DNA of 64,000 bases. It comes from Patescibacteria group bacterium. Lineage in GTDB: Bacteria; Patescibacteriota; Patescibacteriia; Magasanikbacterales; GWA2-37-8. Shown piece after piece: positions 39,583 to 48,361 of the stretch (position 1 is its first letter; each line of letters opens with the position of its first letter). The notes under the pieces were generated by a model. It was not told the DNA's origin and made no database searches. It was given only the letters and a program-made list of their open reading frames with translations. The position numbers were made by a program, and so were the translations under genes. The stretch is taken from assembly GCA_004321885.1 (NCBI GenBank), contig SCQK01000013.1, positions 32,001 to 96,000 on the forward strand. Direction: 5' to 3'.

Positions 39583-39877
39583 AAATTACCTTTTGCCCGC
39601 TCAAAATCGTCTTTCGCAATAACGGGTTGATGCCGCCGTATGAAAGCACGTCTACTCGCAAACCGAGTTTGTCTTCCAGCTCTAATTTTAAACCAACCAA
39701 ATCTAATAATGATTTATTTTTTTGTAATTTTACAAGGAGATCCAAGTCGCTTTTTTTGGTCTGTTCGCCTCGGGCGAAAGACCCAAAAATCGCGGCCTTT
39801 GTCACCCCGTTTTTTTTAAGAATCGGAAAAATTTTTTTGTTTAACGTTTTTAAGGTCATAGTTGAAATTATTACCAA
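39563..39877 (-). CDS. MntA-like minimal nucleotidyltransferase (antitoxin).
   Basis: GSFARGE...DLDLLV (GSx9-13DxD) motif. Confidence 0.8.
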   Translation of the reverse strand: MVIISTMTLKTLNKKIFPILKKNGVTKAAIFGSFARGEQTKKSDLDLLVKLQKNKSLLDLVGLKLELEDKLGLRVDVLSYGGINPLLRKTILSGQKVIYGKKTA

Positions 39878-39941
39878 TTAGACACCAACCCATTAGGAAA
39901 GCTAAATCCATTATTATTCTAACCCTTTTTTGCTTTTTTGT

Positions 39942-41000
39942 CTATTTTTTCTTCAACGTCGTTATCGGCCTACTTTGAGTAATGTATACTGTACCGCTTT
40001 CCATGGCCCATTCAATATCACAAGGGAAACCATAGTGTTGCTCAATTTTCTTGCACACCTTGGCCACTTCAATAATTTCTTTGCCGGTCAGCTTCTGCTT
40101 ACCCCCCTCTTTCTCACTCAACTCAATCCATTTGTTGGAGTCTCTCCCCTTTATAAGGGGAGAGTTAGTGAGGGGTAATTTCGCTTTCACCAACTTCTTC
40201 GTCTGTACTCCAACATTTATATCTACAATACTCATTTCGCTTTTGGAAACAATATAACTGTCGGGTGTAATCTGGCCGCTCACAATCGCTTCGCCCAATC
40301 CAAACCCGGCCTCAATAATCATCTGGTCGGGGTCTTCAGTAACCGGGTGCACAGTAAAGGCGATGCCCGAAATTTCCGACTGCACCATTTTCTGCACCAC
40401 TACCGCGACCGAAACATAATGGTCAATCAGTTTTTTTTCGTGACGATAAAAAATCGCGCGGGGGGTGAAAAGCGAAGACCAGCATTGCTTAACTTTTTCA
40501 ACAACGTTAACGCGCGTGGTGTTCAAATAGGTTTCCAGCTCCCCGGCCCAACTGGCCACGTCGCTGTCCTCGGCCGTAGCGCTGCTTCTCACCGCCACCA
40601 GGTTGTCATCCTGAACTTGTTTCAGGATCCCCGTTCGCCGTCTGTCATTCAGACCCCGCTTAGCGGGGGAGGAATCCCTCCCGCCCAACTCATCAAACGC
40701 CCCCAATATCTCATTCTCCAAATCTTTCGGCATGGGCGTGTCGTGTATCACATCGCGCAAAACATTACTCGCCTTGTCCACGCTGTTGGTGTCTTCGGGA
40801 TCCACGTCAGCCAATCGCGCCTCAATCTCTTCTTTCAATTTCGTTTCCTCAATAAATCTGTCAAACGCGCTCGCCAATACCACAAAACCCGGCGGCACAC
40901 GCAGTTTCGCTTTAGTCATCTCGCCAAGCGAAGCGCCCTTCCCGCCCGCGCTGGCCACATCTTTCTTGGAAATATCCTTAAAAAATTTTATGTGAGGCAT
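39942..41000 (-). CDS. Stand-alone PEP-synthase/PPDK N-terminal ATP-grasp (nucleotide-binding) domain protein. Carries two in-frame palindromic insertions.
   Basis: VASAGGKGASLGEM...VAVRSSATAED...CDIEWAMESGTVYITQSRP is collinear with the N-domain of the ppsA at 53413..56379 and stops at the domain boundary. Insertions sit at 40143-40177 (family 2) and 40607-40632 (family 3). Confidence 0.8.
   Translation of the reverse strand: MPHIKFFKDISKKDVASAGGKGASLGEMTKAKLRVPPGFVVLASAFDRFIEETKLKEEIEARLADVDPEDTNSVDKASNVLRDVIHDTPMPKDLENEILGAFDELGGRDSSPAKRGLNDRRRTGILKQVQDDNLVAVRSSATAEDSDVASWAGELETYLNTTRVNVVEKVKQCWSSLFTPRAIFYRHEKKLIDHYVSVAVVVQKMVQSEISGIAFTVHPVTEDPDQMIIEAGFGLGEAIVSGQITPDSYIVSKSEMSIVDINVGVQTKKLVKAKLPLTNSPLIKGRDSNKWIELSEKEGGKQKLTGKEIIEVAKVCKKIEQHYGFPCDIEWAMESGTVYITQSRPITTLKKK
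40143..40177. repeat. Family-2 palindromic repeat (TCTCCCCTTTATAAGGGGAGAGTTAGTGAGGGGT), in-frame in the ATP-grasp ORF.
   Basis: Shared with 54371-54409; a variant sits at 27169-27220; a related core lies at 34730-34765. Confidence 0.8.
40607..40632. repeat. Family-3 palindromic repeat (CATCCTGAACTTGTTTCAGGATCCCC), in-frame in the ATP-grasp ORF.
   Basis: Identical to 62591-62616 and near-identical to 63041-63066. Confidence 0.85.
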
Positions 41001-41036
41001 ATTTCAAAAGCAGTCGCTTTGGGCGACTGCCACGAA

Positions 41037-41459
41037 CTATTTAATATATTCACCGATGATCTTCATAAACTTTTTTATATCTCCACTTTCCGCTTTTAGC
41101 TCGGTCAAAAATCGTTTCATGTCAATGTCTTCGTACTTGTGCACTATCCTGTTGCGCAAACCGACTATCGGAGCCAGTTTTAGAGCAAACGCCATGGGCA
41201 AAATTTTATTCTGGCCAAGCGTGATAAATGTGCTTTGATAATCTTCGGGCGCCTGCAAATTTTTCTCGGCGATAATATGCGTGTTGATATCTACCATACA
41301 GTCCACAATGAGCTGAAACAAGCGCTCAATCGCGTGCAATTTCGTCTCATCCTGAATTAAATCAAAAACATCGTCTTCTAAAAGCGCGTCCAACTCTTTC
41401 TGATACCCGCCGATGTCGGTGAGTTTGTTGTAAATAAGCGTTTTGTTGGTCATACACAC
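41037..41459 (-). CDS. HepT-like (DUF86) toxin, second copy.
   Basis: RNRIVHKY (Rx4HxY). Confidence 0.75.
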   Translation of the reverse strand: MCMTNKTLIYNKLTDIGGYQKELDALLEDDVFDLIQDETKLHAIERLFQLIVDCMVDINTHIIAEKNLQAPEDYQSTFITLGQNKILPMAFALKLAPIVGLRNRIVHKYEDIDMKRFLTELKAESGDIKKFMKIIGEYIK

Positions 41460-41462
41460 AAT

Positions 41463-41864
41463 TTAAGCCAAAAATTTTTGAAGTTGTTTATGCCTTAATT
41501 CATAAAGCGGTTTCGCCTCAACATATCTCTTAAACGCGTACATGCGAAATTTGGCAAACTCGCCGACTTTATCCTCGTATAGAGGAACTCCGTCTCGCCC
41601 TATTTGCAGCATAAGTAACGGCGACGCTCCGCGCGCGTTCACCACTTCCACGTCGCCGCGGCCAAATATATGGCAAAAATTTTCCCGCAACCCGGCTTCT
41701 TCATAATAAGAAATTGGCCCTTTTGTTTTGACGGCAATATCAATGTCGCTGTATTTATGCGTTTTTCCGCGCGCGGCCGAACCAAATAATACGACGAAAT
41801 CAAGACCAGCTTGTTTAGCCGCCTTTTTTATCGCTGTCTTTGTTGTTGAATTTATGACTTTCAT
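41463..41864 (-). CDS. MntA-like nucleotidyltransferase antitoxin, second copy.
   Basis: GSAARGKTHKYSDIDIAV. Confidence 0.8.
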   Translation of the reverse strand: MKVINSTTKTAIKKAAKQAGLDFVVLFGSAARGKTHKYSDIDIAVKTKGPISYYEEAGLRENFCHIFGRGDVEVVNARGASPLLMLQIGRDGVPLYEDKVGEFAKFRMYAFKRYVEAKPLYELRHKQLQKFLA

Positions 41865-41908
41865 GATAAAAGTATAGCATTTTTGCAGTATTTTGCAAAT
41901 TTTTGTCT

Positions 41909-42229
41909 TTAATCAATTTTTCTCACAATTCCCTTCTCCGCGTCCACCTCCACCATATCGCCATTTTTAATCTTCCACAAAATTTCTTCCGAAAGACCGA
42001 CAATCGCCGGTTTGTTATTTTCGCGCGCCACAATAGCCGCGTGAGAAGTTACCCCGCCATGCACTGCCAAAATCGCCTTCACTTTTTTAGCCAGCGCCGC
42101 GTTTGGTTTGACTTGATTCAATAACACAATATTCTCTTCCGTGCAATGAGCAAATTGGTCAGTATGATTAATAATACAAACCAGCCCGCTCGCCTTGCCG
42201 GGACAAGCAGAAATTCCTTTGAATTGCAT
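41909..42229 (-). CDS. Stand-alone PEP-utilizing-enzyme mobile (phosphohistidine swivel) domain protein.
   Basis: ACPGKASGLVCII...HGGVTSHAAIVARENNKPAIVG...GDMVEVDAEKGIVRKID; 106 aa. Confidence 0.8.
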   Translation of the reverse strand: MQFKGISACPGKASGLVCIINHTDQFAHCTEENIVLLNQVKPNAALAKKVKAILAVHGGVTSHAAIVARENNKPAIVGLSEEILWKIKNGDMVEVDAEKGIVRKID

Positions 42230-42492
42230 AAATTATAAATAATGGCTTTGTTCTGCCATTATTTTACTCTTACTCTTGACAAAAGTCAAAAAATGTGCTA
42301 TATTGTTTTGTTGTGGTTTATTGGAAAATTGCGCTTTATTGCGCTATTTTCCGGCTATAACGTGAGTGTGTTGTTTTTTGAAAATTTGAGGTTTCTTTGG
42401 CCAGAAGTTGAATGCGTAATGCGAATATCTTTTGTTCGTAATGCGCAGTCAACTTCCACGCCCCACCGATGGGGCACACCAAGGAGAGGAAG

Positions 42493-43140
42493 ATGAAGAC
42501 CACGGTGCTGTTCACGAGGCACGAGGACCACAAAGACCAGGTCCTCCTGCCGGACGCGGTCGAGAGAGCGCGCATGCGCGGTCTGCGCCTGCGTGAGAAG
42601 GACTACAAGATCGACCGGGTCAAGGGCTCGCCCCTGCCCCGCGCCGATGCCACCGCCACCGAGATGATGACCGGCTACGGCCAGACCACGGACATCGAGC
42701 GCGAGGCGCGCCTCGGCGACTTCAAATCCGATCCAAGGACGCCGAAGGAGGCGGTGAAGGAGCTCAAGGCGAACGCGGTGGCCAAGCACGGGGATGACTC
42801 CGACTCCAACTTGGCCAAGGAGCTCATCAACACCCCCGCCCTGCACGACCTCCTCTTCGCCCGCGCGAAGGAAGGCGCCGAGGCCCTGCTGGAGATGGCC
42901 GCCGCCAACCCGGGCAAGACCATCCTGGCCGTGAGCCACGGCGTGGCCCGCATGGAGATCGTCCTGCGCTACCTGCGGGGCGTCCGCGACACCGCGCTCC
43001 TGGACATCGTCCCGGAGCTCATCGACCGCGGCGAGGTCATCAAGCTGACCTTCGAGGTCTCGGAAGAGTGGGACGACCTCGCCGAGACGCACCCGGCGCG
43101 GGCCGAGTTCGTCTCGGCCGAGCCCCTCCCGCTCCTCTAA
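42493..43140 (+). CDS. Histidine phosphatase superfamily (PGAM/SixA-like) protein on a GC-rich foreign cassette.
   Basis: RHE and SHG motifs (VLFTRHEDH, AVSHGVA). Local GC is about 65% against about 40% in the flanks. RBS AAGGAGAGG lies just upstream. Confidence 0.65.
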   Translation: MKTTVLFTRHEDHKDQVLLPDAVERARMRGLRLREKDYKIDRVKGSPLPRADATATEMMTGYGQTTDIEREARLGDFKSDPRTPKEAVKELKANAVAKHGDDSDSNLAKELINTPALHDLLFARAKEGAEALLEMAAANPGKTILAVSHGVARMEIVLRYLRGVRDTALLDIVPELIDRGEVIKLTFEVSEEWDDLAETHPARAEFVSAEPLPLL

Positions 43141-43261
43141 CCCCCCATCTCGCCCGCGTTCCGCGGGCAACTCCAAACACAACTCACTGACACGGCGGTA
43201 CGCATCGCGCGACCGCCCAACTCTCAATGCTTTTCAACGAAAAACATTGAGCGTTACAAAA

Positions 43262-43293
43262 AATCCTTCGCGTTTACGAAGGATTTTTTGTTT
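43262..43293 (+). terminator. Rho-independent terminator after the histidine phosphatase (TCCTTCG-CGTTTA-CGAAGGA plus a T-run).
   Basis: Read directly. Confidence 0.55.
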
Positions 43294-43319
43294 CTCAATT
43301 TTAATACCAGCGCGCTATT

Positions 43320-44828
43320 TCAAATTCTCCTCACCACCCCTTTATACCCATCCACCTCCAACCAATCCCCATCTTTCACCACCTCGCGCACAAACCTGGT
43401 TTGTATTACTCCCGGAATTTTGGCTTCCCGCGCAAGCGTGGCCGGGTGCGTCGTAATACCATGCCCGCCATCGCAAACCAAACCTGCCGCTTTCATAATA
43501 GCTGTGGAGAAACTGGGTACCACTTGAATACTGACGATAATATCTCCCTTCTGCACTTTATCGCATTCATCGGGATGCAAAATTACACGCGCTGGCCCCT
43601 TGGCGACTCCGGGCGAAACCGGCATACCGGTAAACTCTTTAGCGTTCTTATCTACTTTACAGAAAAGATTAAACAATCTTTCGGCCTGACTTCTCTCAAC
43701 TATCTTCATTGGCTGTCCGCGCCGACAATACCACAACATCAGTTCTATCCTTTCGTTAATATCAAAAGATAATTCTTTTCCTTTGATCAAAGCCGTTCTT
43801 ATCTCTTCTATTTTTAAGTGCCTGACCTGATTCAGACTCAAATAGAATCTGCGGCCAATCTCTTTCAAAACGCTATCAAAATAATACAAAGATTCGGAAA
43901 CGTAGCGCTTGCGCAATTCTTTCAAGTAAGCCACATGGCGCATGGAATTGAAAGAATCTTGTTCTTGCTTGCTGAAGTTCAATCTGGCCAAATATCTCTT
44001 TCTTTCGCTTTCATTTTTAGCCAAGTTACCGACCAATTTCTCATATTCCTTCCTCACATTGAGTATGAGATAGCCGGTCAAACGTTGAACTATCGATCTA
44101 AAATCCAAAACGGAGTCTTCGTAATCACGCGTTACCCAAAAATAATTTCTTTCATGCTTCCTTATAAGATTACTAAGTTTAGAATCTTTTTTAATGGCGT
44201 CTATATCTTTGGTTGTGACCAGAGAAACCCAATGTTTATCGGCTAAAATCCTTAACGCCAATTCAAACAACGCCTTCAATTCAACAGTCGCCACCATGGC
44301 GCTGGGTTCGCGCGTTAAAATGTCCAAAACTACCGCGGCCTTCCTTTTGTCCGCCACTTTGCCTTCCACCATACGTAGCAGGTCGGCGATATAATGGTCT
44401 TCCGTAATCCAAATCCATCCGTACCGAGCGTACACCTCTTTGTATTTTTTTTCATAATCAGCGAAAAATTCGTACAATGTCTGATTGCTTATTCTTTCTA
44501 AATTAGAATTGCCTGCTTTCTTGGCAAAAGCCACTAAACGCGCACCGTAGATATGCTGTTCTTTAATGAACTTGCCGACCAATTTTGAATCATAATGAAT
44601 TTTATCGGACATGTCGCGAGCAACCTCTTCGTAACCCTTCCTACCAATAAACATGTAGTGTACGTTATGCGTGCAAAAATAAAGTACCTCTCCGAGGGCA
44701 AAGCCGACGGCACTTTTCATCTCATTGCAGACAGCCTCCATTGAAAAATAATTAGGAAACGGACTGACGCGTTGGCGTTGAGACTTAAATACCCAGTGGT
44801 CGATATCCGTTGAAAATTTAACTGGCAT
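43320..44828 (-). CDS. Two-domain protein: about 400-aa N-domain of unknown function plus a C-terminal PEP-utilizers swivel domain (paralog 1 of 4).
   Basis: C-terminus: GMPVSPGVAKGPARVIL...DGGHGITTHPATLAREAKIPGV...GDWLEVDGYKGVVRRI. Confidence 0.7.
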   Translation of the reverse strand: MPVKFSTDIDHWVFKSQRQRVSPFPNYFSMEAVCNEMKSAVGFALGEVLYFCTHNVHYMFIGRKGYEEVARDMSDKIHYDSKLVGKFIKEQHIYGARLVAFAKKAGNSNLERISNQTLYEFFADYEKKYKEVYARYGWIWITEDHYIADLLRMVEGKVADKRKAAVVLDILTREPSAMVATVELKALFELALRILADKHWVSLVTTKDIDAIKKDSKLSNLIRKHERNYFWVTRDYEDSVLDFRSIVQRLTGYLILNVRKEYEKLVGNLAKNESERKRYLARLNFSKQEQDSFNSMRHVAYLKELRKRYVSESLYYFDSVLKEIGRRFYLSLNQVRHLKIEEIRTALIKGKELSFDINERIELMLWYCRRGQPMKIVERSQAERLFNLFCKVDKNAKEFTGMPVSPGVAKGPARVILHPDECDKVQKGDIIVSIQVVPSFSTAIMKAAGLVCDGGHGITTHPATLAREAKIPGVIQTRFVREVVKDGDWLEVDGYKGVVRRI

Positions 44829-44858
44829 AATTAACTGATAAAAATTTATTCAATTCTT

Positions 44859-46082
44859 TTAAATTTTTCTCACAATCCCTTTCTCCGCGTCCACCTCCAC
44901 CATATCGCCGTCTTTTAAAACCTTAGTCGCGATTTTCGTGCCGATAATACAAGGTATACCTAACTCACGGCTGACGATGGCAGCATGCGCGGTTAACCCT
45001 CCCTCGTCGGTCACGATAGCGGCCGCCTTTTTGACCGCCGTTATCAACGACGGCGTGGTCATGGATGAAACTAAAATATCACCCTTCTGCATCTTGACCT
45101 GATCTTCCCGCGTGATAACAATTTTGACCTTGCCGCGCACCTTTCCCTTGGATGCCACGAAGCCAATAATTTTATCCACCACCGCTGTTTTGTCTTCTTC
45201 AAAATAAAGCTTAAAATAATTCTGCGCCTTTTCGCCGCTTAAAATTTTTAATTTTCTCCGGCTGATCAGCAATATATAAAATTGTTGGCGGCGTTTCATT
45301 TCGCTTTCGGGCATTTTCTTGCCACCCAAATAATCGCGCAAGCTGACCGGATCGTACCAATCCAATTCAGCCAATTCTTTTTCGTTGTTGATGACCTTTC
45401 GCAAATGATCTAATAGCTGATCGTAAAGATAAGACGACACTCTTTCCCCCATTTCGTAAAAGTAAGTGAACCATGATAAAATTTCCGCAAGCTCTTTTTC
45501 TTTGGCGGTTAATTTTAGCCGTCGTGCAAGATCCTCTCTTTTTCTAATCAATCGCGGACTAGAACAATGCAATTGGTTTAATAGCCCGACAACCGCTTTC
45601 GGCACTGATAAAGTTGATAAGACATCGTCCAGCTCGCGCGCCGATACTTTCGCCGCCAGTAATTTTTTCAGCCGCTGTGCAACAGACTGCTCACCCCAGT
45701 AGCTATAGACAATAGCGCCACGCCCATAAGCGTGATATTTCATGAACAAACTGATGTAACTCCTCAAATCTTTGCGGGTCAAATTTTTATTCTCGTACTT
45801 TCTGCCCCAGTTATAACCTTGGATTAGCAACTTAACTATAATGTCACCCAAACGAGAAATATTTTTCCCTTTAAATTCTCGCAGAATAATTTTCTGCTGT
45901 CTTTTTTTGTCCGCGGGGTCAAAGTATAACGAGGTAACTCTGCCGCGGCCGACAATCGGACTTCTGGCTATTTTCGCCCGCCCAAATTTACCAATGCTCT
46001 GCGCATAAGCAATGGTGCGAAATCCGCGATCAAGCAAAGTATTTTCACGTGTTAATTGTTTGACGTATTTGACTTTGGACAT
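44859..46082 (-). CDS. Unknown N-domain plus C-terminal PEP-utilizers swivel domain (paralog 2).
   Basis: C-terminus: KGKVRGKVKIV...DEGGLTAHAAIVSRELGIPCIIG...GDMVEVDAEKGIVRKI. Confidence 0.7.
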   Translation of the reverse strand: MSKVKYVKQLTRENTLLDRGFRTIAYAQSIGKFGRAKIARSPIVGRGRVTSLYFDPADKKRQQKIILREFKGKNISRLGDIIVKLLIQGYNWGRKYENKNLTRKDLRSYISLFMKYHAYGRGAIVYSYWGEQSVAQRLKKLLAAKVSARELDDVLSTLSVPKAVVGLLNQLHCSSPRLIRKREDLARRLKLTAKEKELAEILSWFTYFYEMGERVSSYLYDQLLDHLRKVINNEKELAELDWYDPVSLRDYLGGKKMPESEMKRRQQFYILLISRRKLKILSGEKAQNYFKLYFEEDKTAVVDKIIGFVASKGKVRGKVKIVITREDQVKMQKGDILVSSMTTPSLITAVKKAAAIVTDEGGLTAHAAIVSRELGIPCIIGTKIATKVLKDGDMVEVDAEKGIVRKI

Positions 46083-46239
46083 AAATTAAAGCTTCCCCAT
46101 AACCCCCTTTAATATAGAACCCCGAAATTTGACAAATAACGTGCACATGTTATACTGATTATGGAATTGATACCGCTTCAAATAGTCCCGTTTATCGGGG
46201 CGTCCCGCAAGGGTAAGGAGCGGTATTTTTGTTTTACTC

Positions 46240-46869
46240 CTATTTCGGCCATCTTTGCACCCAAATCTCTTTGTCTGCCACGTATTTATAATAATTCGTC
46301 CAATCCTTTTTATTTTGAACTTTTCTGCTGACAACGCCGGTGATGTAATCAGCTACCTGCAGCAAATTATTTGATTTTGAACGCTGTTGTTTTAATTTTT
46401 TTATAACTTTCTTCCCGTTCGTATTTAACCGAACGCGCAAATATTTGGCAAGACGGCTGCGAAAATCCGGCGAACCTGACTTATCAAGTATTACTGTGGC
46501 GTTATTCAAATGCGGAAGCGCGTTGTTAAAAACCATCTGGCAGGCGTATTTGTAAAACGATTCTTTGGTGATAAAACCTGGCCCCCACAATTTATTTGGG
46601 TCTTTGTCTATCACGACTGCGAAGTATATAAAGCGATACGGCTGGATGGCCGATAAAAATCTTTCTTTTATCTTATCCGAATTAAAAGAAAAATGAAATT
46701 CAAAATCGGACGGCAAATCAAGCTCTTTTCGCAATAAATTAATCCGTTGGTCGCAAGATAGGGCGTCTTCATTGTCATCAAAAATAACCAAAGAAATTAT
46801 AAAATATCTGCTGGAACCGGATTCTGTTTTACGGCCGGTATCGCCGGCTTCATCTATAAAGACGAGCAT
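46240..46869 (-). CDS. DUF3800-like protein.
   Basis: N-terminal FIDEAGDTG hallmark (an IDESG-type start); 209 aa. Embedded in the paralog operon. Confidence 0.5.
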   Translation of the reverse strand: MLVFIDEAGDTGRKTESGSSRYFIISLVIFDDNEDALSCDQRINLLRKELDLPSDFEFHFSFNSDKIKERFLSAIQPYRFIYFAVVIDKDPNKLWGPGFITKESFYKYACQMVFNNALPHLNNATVILDKSGSPDFRSRLAKYLRVRLNTNGKKVIKKLKQQRSKSNNLLQVADYITGVVSRKVQNKKDWTNYYKYVADKEIWVQRWPK

Positions 46870-46879
46870 AACTGTTAAT

Positions 46880-48361
46880 TCAAATTTTCTTCACAATCCC
46901 CTTTGTCGCATCCACTTCCACCATGTCGCCGTCTCTGAAAACCTTAGTGGCGATTTTCGTGCCAATCACGCAGGGAATACCGAGTTCGCGCGAGACGATA
47001 GCCGCATGGCAGACAATGCCGCCCATATCAGTAACTATCGCCGACGCCTTTTTCATGGCCGCCACGATTTCCGGTATGGTCATTTCCGAAACCAACACAT
47101 TTCCACTTACCATTTTTTTCATATCCTCTATGGTATTTACAATCGTTACTTTCCCTTTGGCCGCGCCCGGAACCGCGGTTTGCCCCCGCAGTTCTTGAAC
47201 TGATAAATCCACTTCTTCCTCACGAGCCATATTCATTTTTGACATTACGTATCTCGCTTCTTCGCCAACAATAAACTTGGATCCATTGGCGTCCACATAT
47301 AGTAAACTATATTTCCAACGTTCATTTAATTCATCCGCGTCGCACTGCCCGCTTCTAATCGCAGAAGGAACTTCTTGTGGCAAAAAATATCGCGCTTGAC
47401 GAATTGAAATAAGCAATCTTTTTGCTACTTCCCGCAGTATTTTATCAAGCGCATAAAATCCTAAAAATTGGTGCTCTTTGCTCCATGCCTTTTGATAAAC
47501 AAGGTCTTTGGTAACGCGAAATAAATGCTTGTGTTTTTCATCAATTTTTAAATTATCAAACCAGGCGTTTTGTTTTTTTTCAGCTTCAAAAAACTGATTT
47601 TTCTGACGCAAAATTTCTTGCTCAATATCGGTCCCAGCTTCTATAATCTCCTGAATATGCTTTACCACATCCTTCTCTGTCCAAGTCGGCCCTTCACAGG
47701 CAAAGGGCAAAAAACAATACTTCCGCGCATGCGCCGCAATTTTTTCCTCCCCAACGGATAATTGAATTTTGCCTTCCACAACTTCCTTCGCCAGCTCATA
47801 AAGTTCCAAATGTTCCTGTGTACCCAAAGCCGGCTTTGTCAGCGTGAGTAAATCAGCCAAAACAAGAACGGCATCTATATCAGGATTAAACTTTTTTAAA
47901 TAGTTCAATAAATATATTCCTAATTGTTCAAACGGAATTTCCAAAAGCCAACTCGGAACACGATATAAGTGTAATTCCGTCTGTAACGGCAACAGTTGTT
48001 CGTAAATTCGCGCGAGTTCTTCGTTGGATAACTTTGATAAATCACTCTCAATAATTTTCCAGGCATAATTTCTAAGCTGCGGTAAAATTTTATCTGATTT
48101 TACATGCATATCATCAATGAGCCGGGGATTTTCCACAATTGCTTCTAAAGTTTTTTTACCGGCCACTATCCATTCATTGCGAATATAGAATAACTTTGTC
48201 GCGCCGTTTTCATACAAAGGAAGGCTGTGTGCCACATCGGCAAGCCCCAGCTTGCTCAATTCGCTTGTCATGGCGCGAAAAGGCGGCTCCAATGTAATGG
48301 GAGGATACTGATACAACTTCTCAATCATTATCCATTCTTTTCTTAACAATTCTTCATTCAT
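46880..48361 (-). CDS. Unknown N-domain plus C-terminal PEP-utilizers swivel domain (paralog 3).
   Basis: C-terminus: AVPGAAKGKVTIV...DMGGIVCHAAIVSRELGIPCVIG...GDMVEVDATKGIVKKI. Confidence 0.7.
   Translation of the reverse strand: MNEELLRKEWIMIEKLYQYPPITLEPPFRAMTSELSKLGLADVAHSLPLYENGATKLFYIRNEWIVAGKKTLEAIVENPRLIDDMHVKSDKILPQLRNYAWKIIESDLSKLSNEELARIYEQLLPLQTELHLYRVPSWLLEIPFEQLGIYLLNYLKKFNPDIDAVLVLADLLTLTKPALGTQEHLELYELAKEVVEGKIQLSVGEEKIAAHARKYCFLPFACEGPTWTEKDVVKHIQEIIEAGTDIEQEILRQKNQFFEAEKKQNAWFDNLKIDEKHKHLFRVTKDLVYQKAWSKEHQFLGFYALDKILREVAKRLLISIRQARYFLPQEVPSAIRSGQCDADELNERWKYSLLYVDANGSKFIVGEEARYVMSKMNMAREEEVDLSVQELRGQTAVPGAAKGKVTIVNTIEDMKKMVSGNVLVSEMTIPEIVAAMKKASAIVTDMGGIVCHAAIVSRELGIPCVIGTKIATKVFRDGDMVEVDATKGIVKKI

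Noticed and set aside
42355-43227. 290-aa minus-strand ORF covering the GC-rich cassette.
   Set aside because: It is antisense to the histidine phosphatase gene. High-GC DNA generates long spurious reverse ORFs; the RBS and domain motifs support the plus-strand gene.
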